The notes beneath the pieces are model-generated. The model saw only the letters and a list, made by a program, of their open reading frames with translations. It did no database searches and had not been told where the DNA came from. 64,000 nucleotides of DNA from contig JAHKAP010000024.1 of the NCBI GenBank assembly GCA_018825985.1, positions 3,095-67,094 on the forward strand. Direction: 5' to 3'. The first letter of the stretch is position 1, and every line of letters begins with the position of its first letter. Below, one piece after another: positions 38,747-48,623 of the stretch. The stretch comes from Candidatus Omnitrophota bacterium (GTDB taxonomy: Bacteria > Omnitrophota > Gorgyraeia > Gygaellales > Profunditerraquicolaceae). The translations under genes were made by a program, and so were the position numbers.

Positions 38747-39346
38747 TTATAGTTCATCTTCTATCTCTTTAATTTTTTGTAATATTTCTTCCTTTATCAC
38801 CCGGCATTCACCCGGTTTCAATAACTCCAGGACTTTTCTATAAGCCACAAGCGCGCCCTTATAGTCAGAAAGATTGAATAAAGCATCTGCTAGATTATCA
38901 TAGGTTACCGCCCTGCCAGGCTCAAGTTCCAAAGCTTTTTTAAAACAAACTATCGCTTCGGTATGCCGGCCCAGATTATTTAAAAGCCACCCTTTATTAT
39001 GATAGATCGTGGCATAATCCGGCTCAACTTCAATACCTTTGTCAAAATAAAAAATTGACTCATCGATAATACCTAATTCCACCATACATAGCGCCCGGTC
39101 GTTATAAGAGGCCCCGTCGCTCGGGTTATATTTTATCGCCCTGTCAAAATGTCCGATCGCCTTTGTAAAATTTTCGTTTAATATCTCTAATTGCCCCTGA
39201 AAATATTCTATTTCTGAGGCCAGTTGCTTTTCCCGGGCAATTTTTAATCCCTGGATGGCGATCTCCAAAGCATCATCATGGCTGCCATAGGTTATCGCCT
39301 GGTCTAATTTAATCCTTAAGTCCAACAACTGAACAATATTATCCAT
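38747..39346 (-). CDS. TPR repeat protein
   Basis: Four TPR-like repeats. Confidence 0.85.
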   Translation of the reverse strand: MDNIVQLLDLRIKLDQAITYGSHDDALEIAIQGLKIAREKQLASEIEYFQGQLEILNENFTKAIGHFDRAIKYNPSDGASYNDRALCMVELGIIDESIFYFDKGIEVEPDYATIYHNKGWLLNNLGRHTEAIVCFKKALELEPGRAVTYDNLADALFNLSDYKGALVAYRKVLELLKPGECRVIKEEILQKIKEIEDEL

Positions 39347-39347
39347 A

Positions 39348-40463
39348 TTAACCTAACAACCTGGCCAATAAACTTTTTTTAACCCTTATAGCGTTAAAAG
39401 GACAGGTCTCCTGGCAGCAAAAACACGATATGCAACCTTTATAATTATAATGGATACGATTATTTTTTAGGCTTATTACTTTCTCCGGGCACACCTGAAT
39501 ACACGCTAAACACCTGGTACAATTTTCATTGATTGTATAGGGATAATATTTGATAAACTTGATCGCCATTTTCACTAAAGGATATTTTACCTTCTCTTTA
39601 AATGAACTGGCAGGCAATATAAATGGTTTTTTTATAACTTCATTCAATTTCTCGCCAGCAATGGCAATATCCTTTAGTTCTATTGAGCCCAAGAGCCTTT
39701 TAGCTGCTTCTTTATTAGTCAACACCAGGTGCGGCGCTACGCCCATAATTTTAGCCAGCACGGAATCTACGGCCACGGCATCATTTGAGGCAAGGATCAA
39801 ATTCAAGTTACGCAGTTTACCGCTGGTTCCCGGCCCATCGCCCTCCATGGCAGTAACAGCGTCAATTATATTCAGAGCTGGTTTAGCTTCCTGAAAAATA
39901 TCTACCAGCATGGAGGAAAAAATCTGAGGATCAAAGTTCTTCTTATGCAATTCAATCTTATAAATTCCGGGAATCAATCCAAAAAGGTTTTTTATGGCTC
40001 CGGTTAAAATAGTCAACTGATGGGTTTTAAACTTAGGAATATTAACCAAATAATCGCATTTATCCAGCCAACTGGTTAGGGGGAATTTATTTCTCCAGCG
40101 CTGAGTATCAAATCTAACCAATTCAACGCCTTCCTGGCTACAGACCTGCTTAATACCTGTTTTCTCATAAACGTTATCGATCTTCTCAAGGCTATTTTCC
40201 ATAGCACTTGGGCTATCACCCACGAATACCTGACAGCTGATCTCCTTTAATACACGCAAAACTGCCCGGACCACTTCAGGATGAGTAGTAATCCCAGTTT
40301 CCGGGATTTTGGCGGATAAAAGATTAGGTTTAACCAAAACCCTGCTGCCCGGTTTGATAAAATCACTAATCCCGCCGAGTAAGTCTATGGATTTACGCAC
40401 AGCATCACAGACTAAAGAAGACTCATAACTATCACATCTGACGATCGCGACTTTGGACTGCAT
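39348..40463 (-). CDS. DUF362 protein with C-terminal 2x[4Fe-4S] ferredoxin domain
   Basis: VLVKPN, TTHP, PKFKTH, GAIKN, MEGDGP; CTRCLACIQVCP and CISCFCCQETCP; start placed at MQSKV. Confidence 0.88.
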   Translation of the reverse strand: MQSKVAIVRCDSYESSLVCDAVRKSIDLLGGISDFIKPGSRVLVKPNLLSAKIPETGITTHPEVVRAVLRVLKEISCQVFVGDSPSAMENSLEKIDNVYEKTGIKQVCSQEGVELVRFDTQRWRNKFPLTSWLDKCDYLVNIPKFKTHQLTILTGAIKNLFGLIPGIYKIELHKKNFDPQIFSSMLVDIFQEAKPALNIIDAVTAMEGDGPGTSGKLRNLNLILASNDAVAVDSVLAKIMGVAPHLVLTNKEAAKRLLGSIELKDIAIAGEKLNEVIKKPFILPASSFKEKVKYPLVKMAIKFIKYYPYTINENCTRCLACIQVCPEKVISLKNNRIHYNYKGCISCFCCQETCPFNAIRVKKSLLARLLG

Positions 40464-40500
40464 TTTTTGTTTATTCCCTATTAAATACTTATCTTGTCGT

Positions 40501-40582
40501 GGAACAGTCCCCTGGCCAGCTTCAGCAGGGGACACCCTGCGAAGCAGAGTGTCCCCTGTAAACTTCTACGGGGACAGTCCCT
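40501..40582. repeat. Cluster of GGGACAGTCCC/GGGGACACCC REP-like palindromes
   Basis: Four copies; shares ACAGTCCCCTGrCCAGC and TCTACGGGGACAGTCCC with 46477-46530. Confidence 0.75.
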
Positions 40583-40654
40583 ACTGGCTATACTTGAGTT
40601 CACTCGGCGAGAATTCTCAGCGCGCGAGCAATACCCTTCGGCAAAATATCTATA

Positions 40655-41416
40655 CTACTTTATATTGAAAAACAGTTTAGCGTTGGCGGTAGTAGCCTTG
40701 GCTACTTCATCAACACTGATCCCTTTAATCCTGGCAATCTCTTCAGCCACAAATCTCACATTTACCGGTTCGTTTCTTTTGCCCCGCAAGCCTTCCGGGG
40801 ACAAATAAGGCCCGTCGGTCTCCAGGCAAATCCTATCCATAGGAGTGATCTTAACAATCTTCCGCAGTTTATCCGATTTTTTATAAGTAATATTACAGGT
40901 AAAAGAAACATAATAACCGAGCCTTAGACAATCATTTAAGAATTGTTCATCCCCGGAAAAACAATGCACGATTGCCTTAGAGACCATTTGAGTTTTCAGA
41001 ATAGCCAATGTATCTTCCTGGGCCTGGCGGCTATGCACAACCAGGGGAAGATTGCTTCCTTTAGCCAAATTAATTAATGATAAAAAGGCTTTTTTTTGGT
41101 TTTCTTTGGTAGATAAATTGCGGAAGTAGTCTAAGCCAACCTCTCCTATCGCTTTGACTTTTTTATTGGAAACTAAATCTTTAAGCCTATTCAGCATATC
41201 GGGCGAGAAATCATCAGCATCATGAGGGTGGCAGCCCACACAGGCAAAAATTGATTCATATTTAACGGCTAGTTCTTTTGCCCGGATTGAATTTTCCAGG
41301 CTTGAACCGACATTAATTATATAACCGATGCCTTGCTCCAAAGATCTACGGATGACTTCATCCCGGTCAATATCGTATTCGGGAAAGTCTAAATGGCAAT
41401 GAGTATCAATTAACAT
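40655..41416 (-). CDS. tatD: TatD family nuclease
   Basis: DTHCHL, GEVGLDY, HCFSG, LETDGPY. Confidence 0.95.
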   Translation of the reverse strand: MLIDTHCHLDFPEYDIDRDEVIRRSLEQGIGYIINVGSSLENSIRAKELAVKYESIFACVGCHPHDADDFSPDMLNRLKDLVSNKKVKAIGEVGLDYFRNLSTKENQKKAFLSLINLAKGSNLPLVVHSRQAQEDTLAILKTQMVSKAIVHCFSGDEQFLNDCLRLGYYVSFTCNITYKKSDKLRKIVKITPMDRICLETDGPYLSPEGLRGKRNEPVNVRFVAEEIARIKGISVDEVAKATTANAKLFFNIK

Positions 41417-41445
41417 AGCTATTAATCGCTTGGAGCTTGCCTGCC

Positions 41446-42990
41446 TCAGCGGCCAGCAGGGAGCCTGGAGTTTGGTTTAGATTTAGTGTCTATACGGGGA
41501 AACAAAGGATTGCCTTTCTTGATCTCTTTTTTGCCAAACTGCTCCTTTATAGATACAGCAGTCTGAGGCATGAAAGGATCAATTTCGTCTCCGGACGCCC
41601 TGATCACTTCAACCAGTAAACGGATAAAAGACTTTAACTCGTCTATTTTATTTTCTTTTGCTAAATTCCAAGGTTTAGTTTCTTCAACATACTTATTTGC
41701 CATGGCTATTGAATTCCAGATCCTCTCCAGGCTTAAGCTAAAAGAAAAATTAAGGCTTAACAAATCTCCTGATTCCTTAGGCAACGCCTTTATACTAGCG
41801 AGTATATTTTTTCCCTGCTCATCCAACGCGACTAAACCGGGGATTTGGCCTTGAAAATATTTTTCAATCATAGTCAGGGTACGATAAACCAGATTGCCCA
41901 GGTCATTAGCCAGATCGCTATTAAATCTTTTTATTATTGATTCTTCGGAAAAATTACCATCCAGGCCGAAAGGCACGTCCCTGAGCAGGAAATACCTGTA
42001 GGTATCAATGCCGTATTTATCCGCCATATCCAAAGGAGCAACTACATTACCGCGGGACTTGGACATTTTATCCTGGCCCATCATCCACCAGCCATGGGCG
42101 AATACAACCATTTCTTTAGGCAATTCTATGCCTAAAGCATGCAGCATGATCGGCCAGTAAACTGCATGGTGCCTTAAAATATCTTTGCCGATCAAATGCA
42201 CGACTTGCGTATCTTTATCCCACCACTTCGAAACATATCTTCCGCTATTGTCAAAGCTGCCTACCGCGCTGATATAATTGATCAGGGCGTCGAACCAAAC
42301 ATAGGTAACATGCTCCGGGCTAAACGGCAAAGGAATGCCCCAATTCAAGCGTTCTTTAGGGCGGGAAATACACAGATCTGTTAGCTTATTGAGTTTCAAG
42401 AAACTCAATACCTCGTTTTCTCTTATCTGCGGCCGGATAAATCCCGGATTAGACTCAATATGCTTGATCAGCCAATCCTGATAATTTGATAATTTAAAAA
42501 AATAATTGGTTTCGCTGATTTTATCTATAGGTCTGTTACAGTCAGGGCAGGTTTTATCTTCTACCTGGACCTGGGTTTCGGTACAAAAGTTTTCACAAGG
42601 AACACAATACCAACCCTCATACTGAGCCTGATAAATATCACCTTTCGCATAAGCAATCTCAAGCGCCCGGGTGACTGTCTGGATATGCCTTTTTTCGGTA
42701 GTCCTGATAAAATCATCATTGGATATATTTAATTTTTGCCAGAGGTCTTTAAATTGAGTAACCACCTTATCTACGAATTGCTGAGGAGATAACCCGGATT
42801 CATCAGCCGCCTTTTGGATCTTCTGTCCATGCTCATCTGTCCCAGTCAAAAACCAGACATTGTCCTTGCCTAAAGACTTGCGCATATGCCTGGCTAAAGT
42901 ATCAGCGGCAATATTGGTATAAGAATGTCCAATATGTGGCGAGGCATTAACGTAATATATTGGAGTAGTAATATAGAATTTATTGGCCAT
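41446..42990 (-). CDS. metG: Methionyl-tRNA synthetase (short form)
   Basis: TTPIYYVN..PHIGH, KMSKS, YVWFDAL. Confidence 0.97.
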   Translation of the reverse strand: MANKFYITTPIYYVNASPHIGHSYTNIAADTLARHMRKSLGKDNVWFLTGTDEHGQKIQKAADESGLSPQQFVDKVVTQFKDLWQKLNISNDDFIRTTEKRHIQTVTRALEIAYAKGDIYQAQYEGWYCVPCENFCTETQVQVEDKTCPDCNRPIDKISETNYFFKLSNYQDWLIKHIESNPGFIRPQIRENEVLSFLKLNKLTDLCISRPKERLNWGIPLPFSPEHVTYVWFDALINYISAVGSFDNSGRYVSKWWDKDTQVVHLIGKDILRHHAVYWPIMLHALGIELPKEMVVFAHGWWMMGQDKMSKSRGNVVAPLDMADKYGIDTYRYFLLRDVPFGLDGNFSEESIIKRFNSDLANDLGNLVYRTLTMIEKYFQGQIPGLVALDEQGKNILASIKALPKESGDLLSLNFSFSLSLERIWNSIAMANKYVEETKPWNLAKENKIDELKSFIRLLVEVIRASGDEIDPFMPQTAVSIKEQFGKKEIKKGNPLFPRIDTKSKPNSRLPAGR

Positions 42991-42994
42991 ACCC

Positions 42995-43795
42995 TTATTC
43001 TTTTTCTTTTTCTTTTTCTTTATAACTTATTTCAATCTGGGCCCCGCTTTCGATCTCCAGGGTTATGCTACGGTTAAAAACATTAACCGCAACCACCTTG
43101 CCCTTACCCTGGGGCGTAGTGATACGCTCCCCCTCCTTAGGTAGCCCCTTAGATAAAGCCTTATAGGTATCATATTCATAACTTAAACAACACATCAATC
43201 TGCCGCAAATCCCGGATATCTTAGGAGGATTTAAAGGAAGCCCTTCTTCTTTCGCCATCTTTATGGTTACCGGCTCAAAATCACGCAGGAATTTTACACA
43301 ACACAATTCCCTTCCACAGGGCCCGAAACCGCCGTAGAGCCTGGCCTCATCCCTGACTCCGATTTGTTTAAGCTCAATCCGAGCCTTAAATATCTTGGCC
43401 AGATCCTTAACCAGATCCCGGAAATCAACCCTGCCGGTAGCGGTAAAATAAAATATTATCTTTGTCTGGTCAAAGGAATACTCGGCCTGAATCAATTTCA
43501 TATCTAACTTATGCTCGGTAATTTTTTTTGAACAGGTATTGAAGGCTTCTTTACATTTAACCCGGTTATCTTCAATCTGTTTTAGATCCGCCGCAGTTGC
43601 CGCCCGTAAAACCTTCTTTAAGGGTTGTTTTATTTTGCATTCCAGGATCCCTTTTAAAGAAATGACCTGGCCAGAATCTAAACCCCGGTCGTGTTCAACG
43701 ATCACATATTCGCCTTCTTTTATCTCTATCTCTCCGAGATTGTAAAAGAAATTCTGGCCTGAATCCCTGAGCCTGATTAACACTAATTTTTCCAT
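42995..43795 (-). CDS. ricT: PSP1 domain protein RicT/YaaT
   Basis: RVDFRDLVKDLA, GPCGRELCC, KISGICGRLMCCL; start placed at MEKLV. Confidence 0.92.
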   Translation of the reverse strand: MEKLVLIRLRDSGQNFFYNLGEIEIKEGEYVIVEHDRGLDSGQVISLKGILECKIKQPLKKVLRAATAADLKQIEDNRVKCKEAFNTCSKKITEHKLDMKLIQAEYSFDQTKIIFYFTATGRVDFRDLVKDLAKIFKARIELKQIGVRDEARLYGGFGPCGRELCCVKFLRDFEPVTIKMAKEEGLPLNPPKISGICGRLMCCLSYEYDTYKALSKGLPKEGERITTPQGKGKVVAVNVFNRSITLEIESGAQIEISYKEKEKEKE

Positions 43796-43849
43796 TATAA
43801 CCTCAAGATTTTTTTTAACACAAATTTCTGTAGACAAATCTGCGTTAAG

Positions 43850-44806
43850 TTAACTTTTTAAACTAAATTGTAAATTAGCCAAAAGTAATTTGGTGTTTAC
43901 ATTCTGTCCCAGGTACAATAATGAATCCGAGACCGCCTTCAGGATTACATCCAGGTCAAAAAATGAATAATGATTGGCCAGCCTTAAGATATCGCTCTTA
44001 CGGTCCAGGTGGATCATTTCTTCCTGGGGCTGACCGGATTTTACCAGGTATATATCCCTAATCCAACCTGCTAAAATATCCAGAGATCTGCGGATATCTT
44101 CTCTTTTATTTTCTGAATGATTTCCTGCGCTCCCCGCTTCCGCCGAGAACAAATCGTCTATAACCTGGTTTTTCTCTCTCAATATATCCCTATCCTTTAA
44201 ATACAAAGCCTTGCCAATGCTACCTTCGGAATAATAAGCCAGGAAGTGACCGGTCTGGGCATCAAGCCCGTAATCATTTATTAATGCCTCTTTTAATTCC
44301 TGCCTTTTTAAAGGATAGAACCTGATGATTTTACTGCGCGAGAGTATAGTTTTAAATAATAAACTTGGTTTAGCGCTGACCAGAATTATTAGGCTGTTTT
44401 TTGGCGGCTCTTCAAGGGTTTTTAGAAAAGCGTTGGAAGATTCTGGATTAAGGTCATGGGCATTATTTATTATAAATACCTTTTTCCTGGCTTCGTAAGG
44501 CCTTAAACTGATATCTCTTTGCAGCTGCCGGATGTAATCAATTTTTATCTCCGAGCCTAGAGCGTCAATTATTGAAATATCCGGGTGAACCCCTTTATCG
44601 ATCCTTGAGCACGATGGACAAATCCCGCAGGCATCGCTATTATTCTCCTGGCAATTCAGGGCCTTAGCCAATGTTTTCGCCGCCAGCATCTTGCCTATGC
44701 CATCTGGACCGCTGAAAATATAGGCCCCAAAAAGCGTATCCTGAATTATTCCCGACTTTAATAATTCTATTGTCCGGGAGTTACCTTTAATATCCTTAAA
44801 AGACAT
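43850..44806 (-). CDS. holB: DNA polymerase III delta' subunit
   Basis: GPDGIGK, Zn cysteines, NAFLKTLEEPP, TILSRS. Confidence 0.92.
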   Translation of the reverse strand: MSFKDIKGNSRTIELLKSGIIQDTLFGAYIFSGPDGIGKMLAAKTLAKALNCQENNSDACGICPSCSRIDKGVHPDISIIDALGSEIKIDYIRQLQRDISLRPYEARKKVFIINNAHDLNPESSNAFLKTLEEPPKNSLIILVSAKPSLLFKTILSRSKIIRFYPLKRQELKEALINDYGLDAQTGHFLAYYSEGSIGKALYLKDRDILREKNQVIDDLFSAEAGSAGNHSENKREDIRRSLDILAGWIRDIYLVKSGQPQEEMIHLDRKSDILRLANHYSFFDLDVILKAVSDSLLYLGQNVNTKLLLANLQFSLKS

Positions 44807-45410
44807 ATTTATCGATCAATCCTCTAATATTGCTCTGGGTCTCGGATTTTTCTAAAGCGACTTTAACTATTTTGATCCTATTGGGCTCTTGTGCGGCTAA
44901 TTTTAAATATCCCTGTCTGACCCGGAAATGATAATTCAAAGTTCTTCTTTCAATCCGGTCTTTAACCCGGGAACGCACATTCAAACCTTTTTTAACCGGA
45001 AGATCCAGGAATACGGTTAAATCAGGCCTTATTCCGGAGGTAACCAAATCTCCGACATACCTAATAGTTTTGATATCCATGCCTAACCCATAGCCTTGAT
45101 AGGCAATAGTTGAATCCAGGAATCTGTCACAAATAACAATTTTTCCTTGTTTTAATGCTGGTTTAATGACCTGTTCAACGATTTGAGCCCGGGCAGACAT
45201 ATAAAGAAGCATTTCGCAAACCGAGGACATAGAATTATTCCTATGGTCCAGAAGGATCCGGCGGATCTTTTCACTGATTTTTGTTCCGCCAGGCTCGCGC
45301 AGGTAAACTATTTTTAAACCTTTGGCTCTCAAATATTGACAAAGCATCATAGACTGCGTACTCTTTCCGCACCCCTCAGAACCTTCAAATGTAATAAATT
45401 TGCCTTTCAT
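44796..45410 (-). CDS. tmk: Thymidylate kinase
   Basis: FEGSEGCGKST, REPGGT, DRFLDSTIAYQG. Confidence 0.97.
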   Translation of the reverse strand: MKGKFITFEGSEGCGKSTQSMMLCQYLRAKGLKIVYLREPGGTKISEKIRRILLDHRNNSMSSVCEMLLYMSARAQIVEQVIKPALKQGKIVICDRFLDSTIAYQGYGLGMDIKTIRYVGDLVTSGIRPDLTVFLDLPVKKGLNVRSRVKDRIERRTLNYHFRVRQGYLKLAAQEPNRIKIVKVALEKSETQSNIRGLIDKYVF

Positions 45411-45461
45411 ATCTTATCTCTTATGCATAATTTTAGGGTTTTGCACTCCGCGCGCTAACAA

Positions 45462-45676
45462 TGATATGAATTTGTTAGATTTTCTCGCTCGGGTCGATTT
45501 CTTCACGCCAATGATCTTTCGCTTCTCGGCTCCTGCGCAACTCGTCCGTCGGCTCACCGCCAGGACGGACTCAAACATGCTCGTCGTCCGAATGTTTCCA
45601 CGTTCGGATACCCTCGTCGCTCAAGCTCCATTGGCTAAAATCGACACTCGCTGCGAAAACTAACAAATTCATATCA
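45462..45676. repeat. 215-bp hairpin/MITE-like element with perfect 17-bp terminal inverted repeats
   Basis: tgatatgaatttgttag pairs with ctaacaaattcatatca; nested internal stems. Confidence 0.75.
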
Positions 45677-45713
45677 AAGAACCACCAAAATTACAACCAA
45701 CCTTCAACCTTTA

Positions 45714-46277
45714 CTATATTCCACCTTTTTTGTATGCGAATTTTAGTGCCTTTTCATTCCGAGCATGATAATCATCTATCCATTCCCATAAATCCTGTAA
45801 TCCTTTGTTAATTCCCCAAGAATCAAGGAAGAATACCGCTAAACCCTCTGGCTCACTAAAAATAGCATAACCTTTATACTTTATTTTATTTTTATTTTTA
45901 AGATGCGCACACTGCCTTCTAATATCATTTATAATCTTTATCTCTGATACTTCCGGCCTTGCCTGTTTCCATTTTTTTAGAATCGGCTTAAGTAATCGAA
46001 ATTTTTGCTCAAAATTTATACTCCCAATTGCTTCCCAAATTTCTTTCTCTACTTCATCAACATCCTTACTTGTTGTCCCTTTAGGTGTACCATAGGTCAA
46101 CAACTTATAAAGTATTTTATCTAATATTACTTCAGAATTATGATGAATTTCTAAAATTACAGATTTTATTACATGTTCTTTTTCAGATAATTCTGAACTC
46201 CAACTTCTAACATAATGAAGCACAGCGTTAGGATCATCTATATTTAGTATTTCACTTGCTTTAGGTCTTTTATCCAT
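45714..46277 (-). CDS. AT-rich hypothetical protein with HEPN-like Rx4H motif
   Basis: Helical protein with IINDIRRQCAH; composition differs from neighbours. Confidence 0.55.
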   Translation of the reverse strand: MDKRPKASEILNIDDPNAVLHYVRSWSSELSEKEHVIKSVILEIHHNSEVILDKILYKLLTYGTPKGTTSKDVDEVEKEIWEAIGSINFEQKFRLLKPILKKWKQARPEVSEIKIINDIRRQCAHLKNKNKIKYKGYAIFSEPEGLAVFFLDSWGINKGLQDLWEWIDDYHARNEKALKFAYKKGGI

Positions 46278-46288
46278 TTATAGATTAA

Positions 46289-46452
46289 ATTTTAATGAGC
46301 CTTGGCGGTTTCCGAACTAATGTCCTTAGCGGGTGACCAAAGGATGGCGGCGACTGGGAGGATCCACACCGGGCGGAGGGGCCCAGGAACTGCCTCCTTT
46401 GGGCAGGACCCGCTAATCATAGCGAGAAAATCCGACAAGGATCATTTAAAAT
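46289..46452. other. About 165-nt rod-like imperfect hairpin (structured RNA or repeat element)
   Basis: Nested stems ccttg/caagg, ttagcgggt/acccgctaa, ccaaagga/tcctttgg, ctggg/cccag. Confidence 0.6.
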
Positions 46453-46476
46453 ATCAATGAGCTTATTTTAAAATCA

Positions 46477-46530
46477 GGGACAGTCCCCTGACCAGCCTTT
46501 GCATATAGCCATCTACGGGGACAGTCCCCT
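46477..46530. repeat. Two GGGACAGTCCCCT REP-like palindromes
   Basis: One intergenic, one forming the last codons of cysS (RGLSP). Confidence 0.75.
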
Positions 46531-47931
46531 GCGTCTCCAGACTGTGCCATCCTTAGTGTCTTCTAAAATAATGCCCTTAGCTTCGAGGTCTTTACGGATC
46601 TTATCAGCCTCGGCAAAATTGCGTTCTTTCTTAGCTGTATTACGTTTATCAATCAAGGCTTTTTCTTCTGCCGATAAAGATTTATCCTCGCTGGTTTTCT
46701 TCCATTCTAAACCCAATATCCCGCTTAATTCAAATAGCAAATCTTTACCCTGACAGACAAAATCATAATCCTCAATATTCTTATTTAAGGTATTTACCAA
46801 TTCAAATATACAAGCTAAAGCCTGGGGCATATTAAAATCATCATCCATTGCTTCAATGAATTTATTTTCTAAACCACTTAATTCTCTGTTTAAACCCCAG
46901 GCTTTGCACCCTACGCCACATTTATCTATCTTGCCTAATAAAATCGATATTCTTTCCACCGCCTGCTCAGCTTCTTTTATCTTTTCTTCAGTATAATCAA
47001 CCGGATGGGAATAGTGGGTTGATAAGAATAAAAGTTTTAATAAGTTGGTGTTTTTGTGTTTATCCAGAAAATCCTGGACGGTGATGAAATTCCCTAAGGA
47101 TTTGGCCATTTTCTGGCTGTTGATGGTCAATAAGCCATGATGGATCCAATAACGGGCAAATTTCTTGCCCAGACCTTCGGACTGGGCTATCTCATTCTCA
47201 TGGTGAGGGAATATCAGGTCTACGCCTCCGCCGTGGATATCAAATTCATCGCCTAAAATATCCAAACTCATAACCGAACATTCGATATGCCAACCAGGCC
47301 TACCCTTTCCAAATGGGCTATCCCAGGACGGCTCATTCTCTTTAGCGGATTTCCACAACGCAAAATCCAGGGGATTACGTTTATTTTCAGCCGCGGAAAC
47401 TCTGACCCCTGATTCCATTTTATCCGGCGCCTGGTTGGATAATTTACCATAATTTTTAGCCTTGGTAATATCAAAATAAACATCTCCTGCGCAGACATAA
47501 GCAACCTGTTTGTCAACAAGGCCCTGGATAAAAACAATCATTTTGGATATATAGTCGCTGGCCTTGGGCTCAAAAATCTTATCCTGAGCCCTACCTATCC
47601 CTAAACTCTCCAAAGCCCGATGATAAAAAATAAGGTACTTATCCGCTACTTTTTTAAAAGCTGTATTTAAATCTTCACCGGGAAATTCTTTTCTGGCTTT
47701 ATCAATAATCTTATCATCGACATCCGTGACGTTGCGGACAAATATTACTTTATATCCCCTAAAGGCAAGATACCTGCGGATAACATCAAAAATATAAGCG
47801 CTGCGGGCATGTCCGATATGCGGTTGGTCATAAACCGTCGGGCCGCAAACATACATCTTTACTTCCTGCGGCCTTAAAGACTTAAACTCTTCTTTTCTGC
47901 GGGTAAGCGAATTGTATATATGTATAGGCAT
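46513..47931 (-). CDS. cysS: Cysteinyl-tRNA synthetase
   Basis: YVCGPTVY, HIGH, GRPGWHIECS, KMAKS. Confidence 0.98.
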   Translation of the reverse strand: MPIHIYNSLTRRKEEFKSLRPQEVKMYVCGPTVYDQPHIGHARSAYIFDVIRRYLAFRGYKVIFVRNVTDVDDKIIDKARKEFPGEDLNTAFKKVADKYLIFYHRALESLGIGRAQDKIFEPKASDYISKMIVFIQGLVDKQVAYVCAGDVYFDITKAKNYGKLSNQAPDKMESGVRVSAAENKRNPLDFALWKSAKENEPSWDSPFGKGRPGWHIECSVMSLDILGDEFDIHGGGVDLIFPHHENEIAQSEGLGKKFARYWIHHGLLTINSQKMAKSLGNFITVQDFLDKHKNTNLLKLLFLSTHYSHPVDYTEEKIKEAEQAVERISILLGKIDKCGVGCKAWGLNRELSGLENKFIEAMDDDFNMPQALACIFELVNTLNKNIEDYDFVCQGKDLLFELSGILGLEWKKTSEDKSLSAEEKALIDKRNTAKKERNFAEADKIRKDLEAKGIILEDTKDGTVWRRRGLSP

Positions 47932-47939
47932 TTGATGCG

Positions 47940-48623
47940 TTATTTTTTCTCAAGGGATTCGATTCTTTTTTGGAGTTCTTCGATATCCTCGCGCAAAGGA
48001 TCGAGCACGTTGATATGGTCTAAACTGATATCGATCTTCTTACCGTCCTGCTTGGTAATCCTTCCCGGGATACCAACTACCGTGGAGTTCGCCGGCACAT
48101 CTTTAATAACTACCGCATTAGCTCCGATATAAGAATTATCACCTACGGTAATATTGCCTAAAACCTTGGCTCCGGCACCGACAACTACATTATTACCGAT
48201 AGTAGGATGGCGTTTTCCTTTTTCTATACCTGTTCCGCCTAATGTTACTCCCTGGTATAAAAGCACATCGTCACCGATAATAGCGGTCTCTCCGATGACC
48301 ACTCCCATCCCATGGTCAATAAAAAACCTTTTTCCGATTGAAGCTCCGGGATGAATCTCTATTCCCGTCAGCCACCGGGATACCTGACTAATCAAACGGG
48401 CAACAAGAAAAAACTTATTAGCATAGAAATAATTAGCGATCCGGTAATGAATCAAGGCGTGCAGACCCTGATAGAGCAGAATAATCTCCCAGGAGCTCTT
48501 GGCTGCCGGATCCCTGCCTTTGGCTGCTTTTACTTCTTCATTAAAGAATAAATAAACAAACATCACTTTGAGAAAGAATAAAACAAGGAGAATAAATATT
48601 ATTTGCAAGATTATCCCGGTCAT
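47940..48623 (-). CDS. cysE: Serine O-acetyltransferase with hydrophobic N-terminal extension
   Basis: [34 protein letters not shown]...KRHP. Confidence 0.93.
   Translation of the reverse strand: MTGIILQIIFILLVLFFLKVMFVYLFFNEEVKAAKGRDPAAKSSWEIILLYQGLHALIHYRIANYFYANKFFLVARLISQVSRWLTGIEIHPGASIGKRFFIDHGMGVVIGETAIIGDDVLLYQGVTLGGTGIEKGKRHPTIGNNVVVGAGAKVLGNITVGDNSYIGANAVVIKDVPANSTVVGIPGRITKQDGKKIDISLDHINVLDPLREDIEELQKRIESLEKK

Noticed and set aside
40464-40808. N-terminal extension of the DUF362 gene and overlapping plus-strand ORFs
   Set aside because: They translate the REP-like cluster (GTVP, GDSP); start reassigned to 40463
45400-45663. 87-aa plus-strand ORF
   Set aside because: Runs through the long inverted-repeat element; no recognisable protein features
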